Assembly (NCBI RefSeq): GCF_006345805.1
Contig: NC_042997.1
Location: 93,062,001 to 93,126,000, forward strand
From: Octopus sinensis
Lineage: Eukaryota
Length of the DNA stretch: 64,000 bases
Direction: 5' to 3'
Shown here: one piece after another, positions 41,964 through 56,450 of the stretch
How positions within the stretch are numbered: the stretch's first letter is position 1
Layout of the letters: every line of letters starts with the position of its first letter
Notes under the pieces: model-generated
What the model saw: only the letters and a program-made list of their open reading frames with translations
Databases searched by the model: none
What the model was told of the DNA's origin: nothing
Program-made: the position numbers and the translations under genes

Positions 41964-44900
41964 GAGTTGCATTGTGTGGACGTGTCCCCACTCGCTCTGG
42001 TAATTTGGTGAATTATTTTGAATCAAGGCTAATGAACATTTTTTCTTAGAATTAATTACAACCACAATGTTCATTTGGACATATGGAATCTACTCTTTAT
42101 TGATTATCAGGGAGGTAGGCACACTGTCAATCCTTTTTTCTTTTTGCATGCTATTTATTTTTCGTCTTCACACATTCATGTTAAATTGGTGTCTTTTCAT
42201 AGACACGTTGCGTTCGGAATCCAAAGTGGCAATAAACAAAGCACCACAATTTGAAAACATAAAACGAAAATAAAATTATCAATTTATTTGTGCAATATAA
42301 CTTTAGTCTTTAGTATGAACTAAGAGAAAATAATATTATTCTAACGACCGAAAACGCTGGTCTCAGTGCCTCGAGCAGTAGTCGTGTTTTCAATAAGCAC
42401 AACATCACTGACACTCTTCACCAAAAGAAAACATTCTTACTACATCGAATTCTAGTGGTACCTCACTGATATTGAGAGTACTACAGAATTTATGAATATA
42501 AATCTTTTCTAAGAGAAAATGTAGGGAAAACGCATCAAGAAGAGCAGCAACTCTCTGTCTAATGGCTACATACCAGAGCTAGAAAAGAAAAAAAATGGGG
42601 TGAAATGGAATTTCACAACACCTCTAACATAGAAATTAAAAAAGACCAAACCGATGTGTGGTGAAAAATCTCCATTAAGCATTTTAGACCTATAGAGCCA
42701 TCTGTAATTTTTTTGGCTTTTTTTTTGTTTTGTTTTTGACTAAAACTCAGCTCCGAAAACAGTCGAGATATTGAGAAATGTCCATATCCCTTGCTCCGAT
42801 ATTTGAAGCAGAGAAATACAAGAATTACCGACTGGGATGTCGGCAATGATATTGGCTCTTGGTTTGTTGTCAGGTTTCTCTCAAAGTTTGGTTGGGTGAT
42901 CAGAGGTGGTGAGAGACAAAAGTTATCACGAGGGATTGATGATTTATAAATTACATGAGCACACAAGTTGCGAGTGCAGAAACAAAGGTTATGAGATTAG
43001 TGATACAAAGTAAAAGCCTAACTGATACACTTGTGAAAGCAAAGGCCGCTTAAGGTCTTTTTGCCAAGAAGAACTGAAGAAGAAAAGAAAGGAAGGCAAT
43101 GGAAACAGTAACAATAGTAATAGGCCCCAGTCTCCATAACATGAGTGGGTACAGACCGAAGATGACAGTCTAAGTAACCTCATACCTTGTTTCAAGAACT
43201 AGCGACTAATTAAGCAGTAGGGCCATCTCAACTACATATGATGGAGAAGATATCAAACTGGACAAGATTTTCAAACAAGAGAAATTCGAATTGCAAAAGG
43301 AAGGAAAAGATCCCTTATAAAGCGAATCTCAACCAAATACTACCAGAAGAGACCCTACTGAAGGATTTGAAATTCACAGTTGTTTGAACAAGTGAACACG
43401 GAATGGAGAATATTATTATATTATTTATATATTATATTATATATATTATATATTATATATTATTATTATATTATATTATGATCAAGTGTGATCTATTATA
43501 GATGGTCATGTGCATGGTGAATAGTGAAAATCAAAATGCAGAGTGAAGGTAGCGAGCTGGCAGAATTGTTGGCACGCTGAGCAAAGTGCTTAGCGGCATT
43601 TCGTCCGTCTTGACGGTTTGTGTTCAAATTACGCTGAGGCCGACTTCTGGGACTTACCCCCTCTTCGGAATAGTTGGCTTTGGGCCAAAATTTGAAATCA
43701 ATATGTTCCAGAAAATTCTAAAGTGAATATGCTAACTGCTGTTGTGTTTCGCCATTAGAAAACAACTTTCAGACGGATATGTGTTCATAACAAACTTGAT
43801 TCATTAGAGTAAGGGAACTCTGGGATACCCGATGATCTGATATCCTTGTGTCTCGTCAGCCAAAGTTACCTCGGCCTAATGAATCTAACAAGATTTTGTG
43901 GCTCTTCTCTATAACTTCAAGCAAAATATTTACTTATAAGTGTTGATATTGGCCAACCTTTTATGTGAAAGGAAAAGTAATTCTCCTATGTCAAAACACA
44001 ACAGTAATATATTTGCGTTCGAATCTGCAGGAACGTATCATGAATGACCATGCAAGATATCATTTTGATTCTCACTGTTCACCTCGCTCACTGTTCATGA
44101 CACCCATGAAAATATATACGGGAATAGGCGCAGGCGTGGCTGTGTCGTAAGAAGTCGACCTTGTTGAGATGCAGACTCAAAACGTAAAGTAACATAACTA
44201 GGTATTCAAGACATTCCATTGAATACTCTACCAGTTTTGCTAATCATGAGTTTTGCTAATCATACTGCAATATAATATAGCATAAAGGCGACTAAATGGA
44301 AGAATCGTTAGCACGCCGGGCAAAATGCTTAGCGGGTTTCGTCCAGCTTTACGTTCTGAATCCAAAAACCACCGAAGTCGACTCCGCGTTTCATTTTTTC
44401 GGGGCCGTTGGAGTCAATGTAATCGACTTACCTCCTACCTCGAACTCGCTGGCTTGTGCCAAAATTTGAAATCAATATAATATAGCATTTGTATCATAGT
44501 TTACTGGAATGCTCTGTAGATTGAGCTATGTGCGATTATGAATTAAATTAGCGGATCTCACCTTTCAGCGAATCAATTTCACCGGGACGCCTGGAGAGCA
44601 GTGTATAGACAACATCATGACGCTGTAATCACCTGCTCGTCCATGTGTTGTTTACTTAAAGTGTCGGTTGAGTTCGTTATTTTTGTTCTTGTATAGCTCC
44701 AGATCAACTGACATCGAGTAAACCTATGATAAAAAACCTTCAAGCCGTAACTATCACATTTTTTAAAGAGTATCCCGGATTGTATCATCCGGGTACACGG
44801 GTAGCGTGTGATTTGAGGGAAATTTGGTTGCCTTTTCTAGTTGGTCGAGCGTTGAGCTTTGATTTGTAATTAAATGTTTTATACACAGGCATTTCTGGAG

Positions 44901-45614
44901 AACACATTTGTTTTGTTTTTTCTACTGAACAATCACAGTTAAATATCCCTTTCAGCTATTAATGGCAATTACTGGTTTGTGGGTGCGTATGTGTATGTGT
45001 ATGTGTTTGCGAGTATATATGTCCGTGTGAGTGTGTGTGTGTCTGTTTATATTTGTCAATGTAACTATGTTATTGTAAGTTAATTGTAACATGTTAATTG
45101 ATATTACTACTGCAATTGTTTATCTTCCTTCTACTTAGGAGCCGATCTACTACAGTGTGTGTATGTGTGTATGAGTGAGAGAGAGTGTAAATGTGCGTGC
45201 GTGTGAATGTGTATTTGTAATGGTAATAAACTTAATTTGAACTCTATTTAGGGGCGAAATGAGAGTTTGTAACACTGAGGCTTTTTTTTTAAAGCATTAG
45301 CAGAAGAAGCAAAGTAAATTTTCATCAACCGAGAATCGAAACTTTTGCTTAATTTGCTAGGAGCTGAAATTACTTCAAGATCTTTGGCATCAACCATAAA
45401 CATTATAACTAGTGCTATCAGTGGAAATTCTCTGTTTTACAAATATTATCTTTATTTGATAATTTGATCCATCTACTTTTATAACAAAGTGGGTGGTTTC
45501 GCCGAATTGTGACAGCGTCAGCAAAATGCTTCGCAGTGTTTATTGCGGTTCCTTACGGTACTCTGAGATCAAATTTTCGAAGTTGTTAAAATAAAGTACT
45601 GGTCAAGTGCTGAA

Positions 45615-45805
45615 GTGGAAACGTGTGGCTTAATGATCGCGAGATTGCGGCTTCGATTTCTCAATTAAGCGTTGCGTTGTGTTCTTCAGCAAGACACTTC
45701 ATTTCACGTTGCTCCAGTCCACTCAGCTGGCAAAACCGAATAATCCTGAGGTGGATAGGCATTCCGTCTAGGGAGGACCTGAGAACCCCGGAAACCAGCT
45801 CCATA
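45615..45805 (+). mobile_element. SINE family C (V-SINE-like)
   Basis: gtgttcttcagcaagacacttcatttcacgttgctccagtccactcagctggc; homologous to 5135-5368. Confidence 0.65.
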
Positions 45806-45909
45806 ATTCCATGAAACTCTGGTAGGAAATTTTATTCGCAAGTACCGAAGTAGGTAGTGTTGACTAACCCCACTTCTCCTTTCAAATCTGCATTGTTATT
45901 TTTAGTGTT

Positions 45910-47170
45910 AAGGCAGCGAGCTGGCAGAATTGTTAGCACGCTAGACAAAACGCTTGGCAGCATTTCGTCGCCCGGCTTTACGTTCTGAGTTCAAATTCCA
46001 CCGAGGTCGACTTTCATCCTTTCGGGGTCAATAGAATAAGTACCACTTGAGCTCTGGAATCGATGTAATCGACTTAACCTCTCTCCAGAATTGCTGACCT
46101 TGTGCTAAAATTTGAAACCGTTATTACTGTTAGCGCTAAGGCGGCGAGCTGGCAGAATCGTTAGCACACCGGGCGAATTGCTTAGCAGTATTTCGTCTGC
46201 CGCTACGTTCCGAGTTCAAATTCCGCCGAGGTCGACTTTGCCTTTCATCCTTTCGGGGTCGATAAATTAAGTACCAGTTACGCACTAGGGTCGGTGTAAT
46301 TGACTTAATCCTTTTGTCTGTCGTTTTTGTCCCCTCTATGTTTAAGCCCCTTGTGGCCAATAAAGAAATAAGAATCGTTAATCCACCGGACAAAATGCAT
46401 TGTGGCATTTCTTCTGAGGTCAACTTTATCTTTCTGAGCACTGGGGTCGGTGTAATCGACTTAACCCGTCTCCTAAAATTGTTAGTTTTGTGCCAAAATT
46501 GAAACCGTTGTTATTGTTTCGGTGGAGGAATTAAATTAATTACATCGACCTCAGTGTTCAACTGATATTTATTTTATCGATCCCGAAAGACAGGCGAAAT
46601 GCCATTAAGAATTTTTTTCCTCAGCTCTGTAACAATTCCGCTAATTCGCCGCCTTTTTTTATGTAAAAATATTAATAAAAACATTGCGAATTGTGTCAAC
46701 AATCTCAGTCAACAAGTTTGCCATAATAAAAAAGAAACTATTAAAATATAAAATATGTCTGAAACGTCATCTTCACGACAGTGAAATAGTTGATGAAAAT
46801 GAAAGAATATTGATGATAAGAAGATTCCATACATTGTCACCCGTTCGCATTTATTTATATTGAGTTCAAATTTTGGCATAAGGCCAACAATTTCGGGAGC
46901 GGAATTTAAGATCAGAAACTGAGACGAACATAATACCTATTTCTTTACTACACACAAGGAGCTAAACACAGAGGGGACAAACAAGGACAGACAAACGGAT
47001 TAAGTCGATTACATCGATCCCAGTGCGTAACTGGTACTTATTTAATCGACCCCAAAAGGATGAAAGGCAAAGTCGACCTCGGCGGAATTTGAACTCAGAA
47101 CGTAGCGGCAGACGAAATACTGCTAAGCATTTCGCCCGGCGTGCTAACGTTTCTGCCAGCTCGCCACCTT
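45910..47170. mobile_element. Cluster of family A SINEs (plus 45910-46120, plus 46140-46510, minus 46865-47170)
   Basis: Repeated ggcggcgagctggcagaatcgttagcac heads and gcctttcatcctttcggggtcga cores. Confidence 0.88.
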
Positions 47171-48544
47171 CACACTTATTATATTGACCACCGAAAAATG
47201 AAAGACAAAGCAAGCATCAATGAAACTTGAACTGAGAACTTAAAGGTTCTAATACTTTCCAGTACCCAGCCGATTTTCGATCCATTTCCCTAAGAGTTCT
47301 TAAATATTTAGGTACGTGCAAAAAAAAAAAAAAAAAATAACATTACTTGATGTCTAAGATTTTACTTTTTTTTATCGTAGGTACACAAGAAACAGACAGG
47401 AAACAACTTCATATGCAGTTCACCTTACTCAGATTTGTCAGTGGAAAAACAAATCACTTTAACTTGTCGGTGATAACAATTGAATAAGGGAGTAAATATA
47501 GAAAGCTAAAGTATTTTGCTGATACAGCAAGATCGCATTTTCATGGATGATCTTCAACAAGACACAATGCAGTGGGTGCTGCTTCCCATGCTAGCTGACG
47601 AAAAGAAAAACAAAATGACTTTTTAATATTATGCTAATAATTTTATCTCTATCATATTGAGATGCAATTGGAGTCTTAGAAAATCTAATTTGTCAGTATT
47701 TCTCTATATTTGCGCCAATAAATAAATAGGTGTTCTCTATATTTGCGCCAATAAATAGGTGTAAATATTTTATACGATTCTTTTTACATAATCTGCTAAA
47801 GCTCAGATCCGTTCTGGCTAATGTATGCTGAAATTCCACCACTTTTTGTTAACTATCTATTTAGCACATCCATACGCTAACATACCATTATCTTTTTTTT
47901 TTATTGTTTTAGGAAGCATTAGATTCAAGTTCACCAATTCCGGTTTAACACATCCACTTCGACTTTTGTGGTTTTCGGTGGAATCTATTCTATTGCAAGC
48001 ATTTGGACCAAATGCCTCATTGCCCACCTTTATTTTCTATTTTCTTCTCTTTTGTTTCTTTCTGCAAGCATTGACCTAGTGTCAGCCGCATCAACGCTCT
48101 TATCCTGAAACGTTTCTACAAACAGATGGGTACAACTCCTCTTCCTCGGATTAACTCATAAAAATAAGGTAAAAAATGTAAAAAAAACACACACACTCAC
48201 ACACACATGCATACGAAGTTAGCAACAACAATAATAACAATAATAGTTTTAAAATTTGGCACAAGGCCAGAAATGTTGAGGACGAGGGTTAGTCGATTAC
48301 ATCGACCACAGTATTCAACTGGTACTTATCTTATCGACACTGAAAGCATTAAAGACAGAACAGACGTCGGCGGACCCCTTTCGGGGTCGTTGAAATATCT
48401 ACCAGCTGAGGAGTGGGGCCGATGCAATCGACTTAACCCCTTCTCTGGATTTGCTGGTTTTGTACCAAAATTTGAAAACATCATCATCATCATCATCATC
48501 ATCATCGTCATCATTATTATTATCATTTTTATTATAGACGTCGC

Positions 48545-48990
48545 ACAGTATACAATATCATGAGGTTGTTGATTGAAGATATTGTGTCTACTGGGGCTTT
48601 GTACTGTTTGTTAAGGCACAACAAGTACTTCAGATACACAGTACTTTAGGCAATGTGCGTGCAGTTCCAAGTAATAGCAAATTTTGCAATACATCTAGAC
48701 TGTAGGGTATCTCTAAGATTTTCAGATGTTTTTTTTTTCAGATTGGGTGGTATTTTCAGATGTTTTTTTTTTCAGATTGGGTGGTATTGAGCCCAATGCT
48801 CCGATGACAAACCTTTATGTTCGACTCTCGTCGCTGCCACGTCTTAGCGATCTCAATTCTCAGGTCTCCATATTTATCAACTTTTCTTTCAAATGGTGGT
48901 GATAAAACCAGACAGCAGATTAAATGTACCACTTGAAAACAATAAAACGATTTATCCGGTGTGCATCTGTGCAGCTTCCGTTCAAGTAAT
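48545..48990 (-). mobile_element. Third R4/Dong-like LINE 3' fragment
   Basis: KVDKYGDLRIEIAKTW and HLKILEIPYSLDVLQNLLLLGTARTLPKVL; (ATC)n/(ATT)n just beyond the 3' end. Confidence 0.7.
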
Positions 48991-51689
48991 TTCAATCACG
49001 TGACTTGGATTTACATAGATAGAGTTTAATAGAAGACACCTGACTGAGGTGCCGCTGTAGAATTGAACCCAGAACAATGTGATTGCCTAACGACCTCTTA
49101 CTGTTACGGTCTGTTGTAGTTCACTTGTTTATTGTATTCGTAGAATCGGTAAAACGTAATGGGAAGTATTTAGTTGTGAGTTCAACTAACGCAGAAGTCC
49201 ACTTCGCCTTTCATCCTTTCGAAGGTCAATAAAATATCTGTCGACTGAAATGTTGGCCTTAGCTTTTAAAACAACAATTGACAGTATACTTTTATTTTTT
49301 TCTTTATTCATTTTATTTATTATTGTACAGCAGTCATAACAATCAACGGCTGCAGCTTGTTCGTTCTGCTCGAAATAGGTGACATATTTTTTCGAAAACT
49401 ACTTCTAACAAAACGGATTGGGCACGGCTGGAGTTCATTCATTATAGGTTAACTTGTTCATGGTTGAGCTGGGGAAAAACAAAACAACAACATAAATGAT
49501 TATGGGTGCTATTCGCGGAATGTGTCTTCTCCGTTAGAAGACCAAAATGGCCGAATGTAAAACAGATAAGGCGCCATTTAGCTGAGCCGTCACCACCGAT
49601 GAAAACAGTACCGCACACGCCATTGTTGACAGCTATCAGACATAAAATAATAACTTCGCTACTGTATAATGCTAACTAGAGTGACAATAACAAAACAGTG
49701 TGTATATATCTAAACATAAACAAGGAACATTAAGAAGGAAGACGCTCGGTTTACACACCCACATACACACACATTTATATATATGTATATATGCATGTAT
49801 GTATATATGTATAAGTGTATATATGTTTGTATATACGTATTATACATATATGTATATAATACACATACGTATATATGTAAGTATATTTCCATACCTGGTT
49901 ACGTACACTCACGCGCATACTCATACACAAACAATTACACATATATCATTTTCATATATTCATTTGTCTGCGCGTACATAGATACATATGCGTATATGTG
50001 CGCATACATATGTGTTTGCACACGCGTGAGTATGAGTACAAATATAAGTACATGTGTACTTTAATGTATGTGCAGGTGAGTGAGTGTGTGACATCCATAA
50101 ACATGGTCGCATATTTATATGACGTATGTGTGTACCGATGTACGCTTATAATTGTGTTTTGATAAACTGGATTATTTCCTCAAGATTAAAGTTTTCGTGC
50201 CATTGACGTTAGTCGTGCGTACTCAGTGGTATTGGTGATGATTATGGTTGTGGTGGTGCAGGTGTGGAGGGTAGTAGTAGTAGTAGTGGTGGTGGTAGTT
50301 TTTATCACCACCAATTTTCTGTCTGCGTCCAGGAAGTTCGTCCCTACCTCTCGATCGAAGCATTTTCAAACTGCCACTGTCACTTTAGCAAGCAAGTCTG
50401 GCCAACCAGATGATGTGTATATTTCGTATCCGTGTGAAATTGGTGCGAGTGGGTGTATCCTGAAAATTTATATAGCTAAGTTCGTCGAGCAAACAACTTT
50501 GCTTCCAAGCCTACTCCACCCAACGTATATTGACACATCCTACTCTGAGTACAGTTATGTTGGTTCAAGAACAGACAAAAAGAAACTGTTACTTAGATTT
50601 AGTTTGTCATGAAGAAAGCCACATGATCTGGTCTTTTCGTTAGTGGAAGTCTGATAATTGAGAGACCTCTCTAAAATGATATAATGCAGTTTTTATGAAA
50701 TAGTTCTAAGGTGCGTCATGTAGAGCGTGAGACTGTCTGAGTAGCTTTTGTTGCAGTCCTTTTGTTTTTTTACGTACGTATTTTGTAAGTAAGTTTTTCG
50801 AAACTCAACCCTTTGGTATGTATGCTTTTGTCATTTGTTATCTATTCACCCAAATCACTGTTTCTCTTTCGGACTGCTTAAATCTTATGGAGTGGAACAA
50901 GTTTTGTGTTTACGGCAGCGTGTTTCTTTTGTTTTTTATTGCATTTGTTTTACCTTTTGTTCTTTCTTTTGTGATTTTGTTTCTGTGCTTTTTTAAAATT
51001 TTGTTGTTGTTATTGTGGTTATGGTGACTGTAGTAGTTGTGGTGATAATAGTGGATGGCTAGTGGTTGGTCTTTCTGTTACCTCGTGAAACCATTCGACT
51101 TCAAGTTTAGCGTAGACATCTTTTTGTATTTTTGTGCCGCTTTTCCTCGAAGAAACCATCACCATCCATTTATTATTCTCTTATATTTCTCCAAGCTTCA
51201 TCCTGACTACCACCATAAAACAATGGTGAGGAACTACTACTTAGAATTCCTGAAAAACTCCCAAATTGAGGAGGATAGTCCCAGCTTTTTCATATCCTGC
51301 TTCATCGGCTCTTGGTGCCAGTGGTTTTGAATAAGAAACGATTCCGTTTGTTTCAGAGTTCCAACGATACGTGCTGTTCTAGCAGTAGCAACAGCAGCGA
51401 TGTTCTTCTTTTCTGTCACAGGTATATCAGGGACTGCAATCATTGTTCCTTACTGCTCTTTGCTACCCACCTTCTTTATTTCATTTTTCCTTTTCTAATG
51501 AGCAGAAGATCACCGAGTAGTGTTTGTTGCGCAAAGGTCGCGCACGAGTAAAATAACACTTGACATAACATTTTCATATTTGTTATTTTTTGTAAGAACA
51601 TGCAATAAATGAGGATTTTTTAAAATTTTAAAGTCATGTCAAAATTTTTTTTAATGTTAATTTCGCCAATTGATGGATTGGCAAACGAA

Positions 51690-52050
51690 GCCCTGTGTCT
51701 TGGCTTGTGATGTCCCCAGACCTAACTTGCCTTGATTTTTTCCTATAGGATATCTTAAATGTCAATACAAGTTGTCCAAGAAGTGTTGAAGAATTAAAAG
51801 AAAACATATGAATTCAATGTGCAAAGATTGACACTGTAGTGTTGAATAATGTATAAAGTTCTCTTTGGTTTCGTTTTCAGAAATCTAATGAGTGTGAGAG
51901 AAATCAATCTGAACAATTATTCTAACCGTGTATTTTTTTGTGAGTTAACGATTTTGTGATAATGAATGTTACGTAAGTAAGATAAAAGATTATTGTATTT
52001 CCTATATAAACAGCTTTTAGGGTGGTGCGTGACTTTTATGCTATTCTGTA
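51690..52050 (+). mobile_element. Tc1/mariner-superfamily transposase C-terminus and 3' end
   Basis: SPDLTCLDFFL*GYLK and RSVEELKENI match the SPDL.PLD(F)..WGYLK...T.EELK..I motif. Confidence 0.6.
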
Positions 52051-52054
52051 TATC

Positions 52055-52640
52055 AACTCGACATTTTATTCAGCACCAACGCAATTTGATTAACCTTATC
52101 TCCGCTCCCTTTATGGAGTATAACTCCGAAAAAAACTGTACTCTTCGGTGATAACCAAGACCTGGAAGCTTGTATAGATTCCACTTGGCCCCATGTTGTG
52201 GGTTACCTCCGAGTACACAACTTACTGTGTGCTTGTTTATAACAAGCAAAAGCCTAATATCAGTACTTTTGACTACATTTCTTGCTTCTTTTTCTCTATG
52301 TATTACGGCAGTACTCTGTAAGAAAGGTGCGTAGCGGCCAGCTTTGTTTCCTCTACTAAAGAACAAGCACACACTTCCAACAAACCCCGCTTTAGTTTAG
52401 GGAACACATTTCCAACAAACTCCTTCTTCCAGGGCATATGAAAACCTTCTTGTTATTCACACCACAAGCTATGTTACTGTCTTTCTCGACCTTTCTTGGA
52501 TAAATTCTCTGTACCTGGTGGCATTGTCTTTTTTGACACATACCGGCCATTGCGTGTCCTTTCCTGGCCCTCATTGAGGAACTCCATATTATCAACCTTT
52601 TCAGCAAACACTTATTGATATTATTGTTGGTGCTCATACT
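52055..52640 (-). mobile_element. Tc1/mariner-superfamily transposase N-terminal fragment
   Basis: Frameshifted KWNLYKL(Q) and VINKH..GGNPQH, resembling HPYK.Q and VNKQN.R.W...NP motifs. Confidence 0.45.
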
Positions 52641-53289
52641 CTACATTTTTGTCCTTTTCAATCTGTTTACAAAGCCATTTCTGTTTGTGTCAACCATTGT
52701 GCGACTGTAAATATTTATGCGTGAAAATCTTTTTCGATTTTCTCACTGTTTAATCTTTATATGCTTTCATATTTTAAAATATTTTTAATGAGGAGGGCGG
52801 CAATTATTTAGAGTTATTTTGAAACCGCTGCTGTTGCTGCTGCTGCTGCTACTACTACTACTACTTCCACCTTTACAAGTAATCCTATTAATGCAAGAAA
52901 CTCTTTCTGTTACTTATCACCAGAACAACAATACAAATTGTTATCGTTCAAAAATATATGTAAACTAAAAACCAATGTTTTTAGTTTACTTATATTCTTT
53001 TTTTTGTTCTATACCAGGGTAAGGGAATGGATGTTCAAATATTAGTACCAAGTTTTGGCACAAGACCATCAATTTTGAGGTTTGGGTAAGTCGATTACAT
53101 CGACGCCAATTAGTACTTTATTTTATCGAGAATTAATCGAAGAGAAGTTGGGTGTCTTAACCAGTAGTAAGATTTACTCGGGTTATTGTTTTAACGTGCA
53201 TACACACTCTGTCTCACGCTCTCTCTCTTTCCAACTCTTTAATCAAAGAGCTGGTAAATGTCAGCCTGTGAAATTTGAACATGCATACA

Positions 53290-53327
<38 letters not shown>

Positions 53328-53932
53328 CACACACACCCTCTCTCTCTGTATCACGGTATCAGTTGACCAGCTTAGAATTCATTAGCACATAAGCGCCCTA
53401 ACTCTCACAAGCTTATTTACCATAAGGCAACACAAACAAATTCACAGAAACCTTCACATTTTGATTCGATTTAGAGAACTTATATTTCTGATCTCGCATT
53501 CACTTACACCTCTTTTCACTAAAAGAGAGAGAAAGAACTGTTGACTGTATTCTGTATCACAGCTTATGAAAAAAATCATACTATCTTTTCTTTTGTGTTT
53601 CATGGGGCTAGTATCTTCGATATATCTTTTTTAAATTAATAAAAAAAAAAATGTTCCATTACATTAGCGACATATTCAATGGTCAACGTTATTGTTTGTT
53701 AAATATCAATAGCTGAACATGAGATTCTATATTTGTAAAGGAGAGAAGAATAAAAAAAAACATTATTGTAGCAGCCGTAATTGAAATGAAATGGATTCGA
53801 TCAAGGATCGAAACTGCATCTAAGCCTCAATTCTTTGCTTCATACCACTTATCACAGCTGCCTCTAACATTTTTGATTGTAACTGGACTCAAAACCAACG
53901 TTGGAATGGAAGGAAATGATTGAGGGAATCTT

Positions 53933-54386
53933 GGATCTTTCCGGTTTGAACGGCAGTTTTTAAAAATAATTTCCACGTAACTAAACACTTTTAAACTTCG
54001 TATACTGGTAGAATGTGTTTATAAAACATATTTTTCTCTTGGCTTTATTGAGAAAATTCTATAGTTTGTAAGATATTTGTTGTTGTTTTTCTTCAATTTC
54101 TGCAATTTCAACCAATCAATGACATCTATTGGGGTGAAAACATTCTGTGCCCTATGAAAATGTCCCTCGTTTAAGAAACAGATTGGGTTTATTTACATTT
54201 CTGAAGAAAAAAAGATACCCTTCCCCCACCCCTAACCCTAACCCTAACTAACCCTAACTAACCCTAACTCTAATCCTAACCCTAAAATAGATTGAAATGC
54301 AATAGGTCGATACTTGGGTCATAACTATGGGTGACAATTTCATATGACACCGCTAGAAAAAACTGCCGTTCAAACCGAAAAGATCC
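53933..54386. mobile_element. 454-bp MITE with 28-bp TIRs, 8-bp TSD and internal (CCCTAA)n; Merlin-like
   Basis: TIR ggatctttccggtttgaacggcagtttt / aaaactgccgttcaaaccgaaaagatcc; TSD ggaatctt at 53925-53932 and 54387-54394. Confidence 0.85.
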
Positions 54387-55339
54387 GGAATCTTTTCTGT
54401 GCACTATCGGTATTTATTAGATTCTGGGATTTGAGTAGCATAGCAGGTTTTGAAACCGAACCGTATGAAACCGCTCCTTCTGGTTCTATGTTACCAACTT
54501 CAACTGTTTAAGTGATCTAAATTAAAGCCTTTCGTCGAAATTTCATGTTAATTTATGTTCCAAACACCAGTGCATTACTGACAAAATTGTTTTATTAAAT
54601 GCTTTAAATTTTTAAAAATTAAATGAAAGACGGAAATATGGTAATCATGTTTATCTTTCGATAATCGTACATTGAAACTGTAACTATGTCTTCAGCAATT
54701 TCGGTAAAAGATATTGCTTTGATTCTTTTTTTTTTATAGCCGAATCAAAAACGGAGAGAAAAAAACCCGAAAAAGAAGGGTAAGCAGTCAAAAATGTAAG
54801 GAGCAGCCTTCTTCTCAGAACAACAACAGAAACATGTTACTTACAGTCGTTCGTAACACTGTAAACAGTGCCTCATAAAAGAATATGTAAATTATGCGGA
54901 GATATTGTTGAGATGTGTTAGAAAACTAAATAAGAAAAGTATATAAGATAGACACAAATAAAAAAGAATTTGGTTAAATTAATAGTATATCAAAACAATT
55001 TCAATCCACGCAGATGCTAACTGTTCATTTGGGTGCACAAAACACCTGTGAGAATTGAGAGAAACGGGAAGGCATGCGAGATGCTCTAATGCAAAGTAAC
55101 CAATGGGCTATCACTTGCTGGGTGTGCAGACAGCACCAAATGAATTTCTGCATTAATTTTAAAAATAAATATCTTGTAATTATTATTAACTTTGTATCTA
55201 AATTGTTTTTGTTTGTCGTGGACTCACGCATTTGCAGAGCTCCGTTAAGACAGAGATTTTTTCCAGAATTACTTGACTAATAAAAAGTCGTTTCGCCTTG
55301 TTTTACCTACAAAAGGCTTCGCAATATCTGAACATCCGT

Positions 55340-56450
55340 TAAGGCGGTAAGCTGGCAGAATCGTTAGCACGTCGGACAAAATGCTTAGCGGCATTTTATC
55401 CGTCTTTACGCTCTGAGTTCAAATTCCACCGAGGTCGACTTTGCCTTTCATCCTTGCAGGGTCGATAAAAGAAGTACCATTCGAGCACTGGAGCCGATGT
55501 AATCGACTTACCCCCTCCTTCAAAACTGCTAGTCTTGTGCCAAAATTTGAAATCAATATTAATGTGTAATTAAGGTGGCGAGCTGCTAGAATCGATAGCA
55601 CGTTGGGCAAAATGCTTTGTGGTATTTCGTCCGCCGCTGCGTCCTAAGTTCAAATTCCGCCGAGGTCGACTTTGGCTTTCATCATTTCGGGGTCGATAAA
55701 TTGAGTACCAGTTACACACTAGGGTCGATATAATCGACTTAATCCGTTTGACTGTCCTTGTTTGTCCTCTCTGTGTTTAGCTCCTTGTGGGTAGTAAAGA
55801 AATAGAAATAGGTATTTCGTCCGTCTTTACGTTCTTTGTTCAAATTCCGCCGAAGTCGTCTTCCATATTTTGTGGGTTAATAAAAGTTGAGTAGTGGGGT
55901 CGATGTAATTTTTTCCCGAAATTGTTGGCCATGTACCAAACTCTGAAACCAATGTTAATGTGTAAATAGATATGCAAAGAGCTGGCAGAATTACTAAGGG
56001 GCTAGCTGGTAGAATCGATAGCACACTAGGCAAAATGCTTAGCAGTATTTCGTCTGCCGTTACGCTCTGAGTTCAAATTCCGCCGAGGTCGACTTTGCCT
56101 TTCATCCCTTTCGGGGGTCGATAAATTAAGTACTAGTTACGCACTGGGGTCGATAAATTAAGTACTAGTTACGCACTGGGGTCGATGTAATTGACTTAAT
56201 CTCTTTGTCTAATCTTGTTTGTCTCCTCTATGCTTAGCCCCTTGTAGGTAGTAAAGAAATAGGTATTTCGCATACCGCTACGTTCTGAGTTCAAATTCCG
56301 CCGTGGTCGACTTTGGCTTTCATCATTTCGGGGTCGATTAAATAAGTACCAGTTACGCACTGGGGTCGATATAATCGGCTTAATCCGTTTGTCTGTCCTT
56401 GTTTGTTCCCTCTGTGTTTAGCCCTTTGTGGGAAGAAAAGAAATAGGTAT
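55340..56450 (+). mobile_element. Head-to-tail stack of family A SINEs and partial units
   Basis: Heads at ~55340, 55572, 55975 and 56000 plus a restart at 56262; internal tandem duplication at 56117-56185. Confidence 0.88.

Noticed and set aside
50330-50470. Candidate minus-strand exon with ttttcag acceptor and gtaggg donor
   Set aside because: All three frames contain a stop before the donor; no recognisable product
54228-54285. (CCCTAA)n as a telomere or chromosome fusion scar
   Set aside because: Short, degenerate and enclosed within a TIR/TSD-bounded MITE
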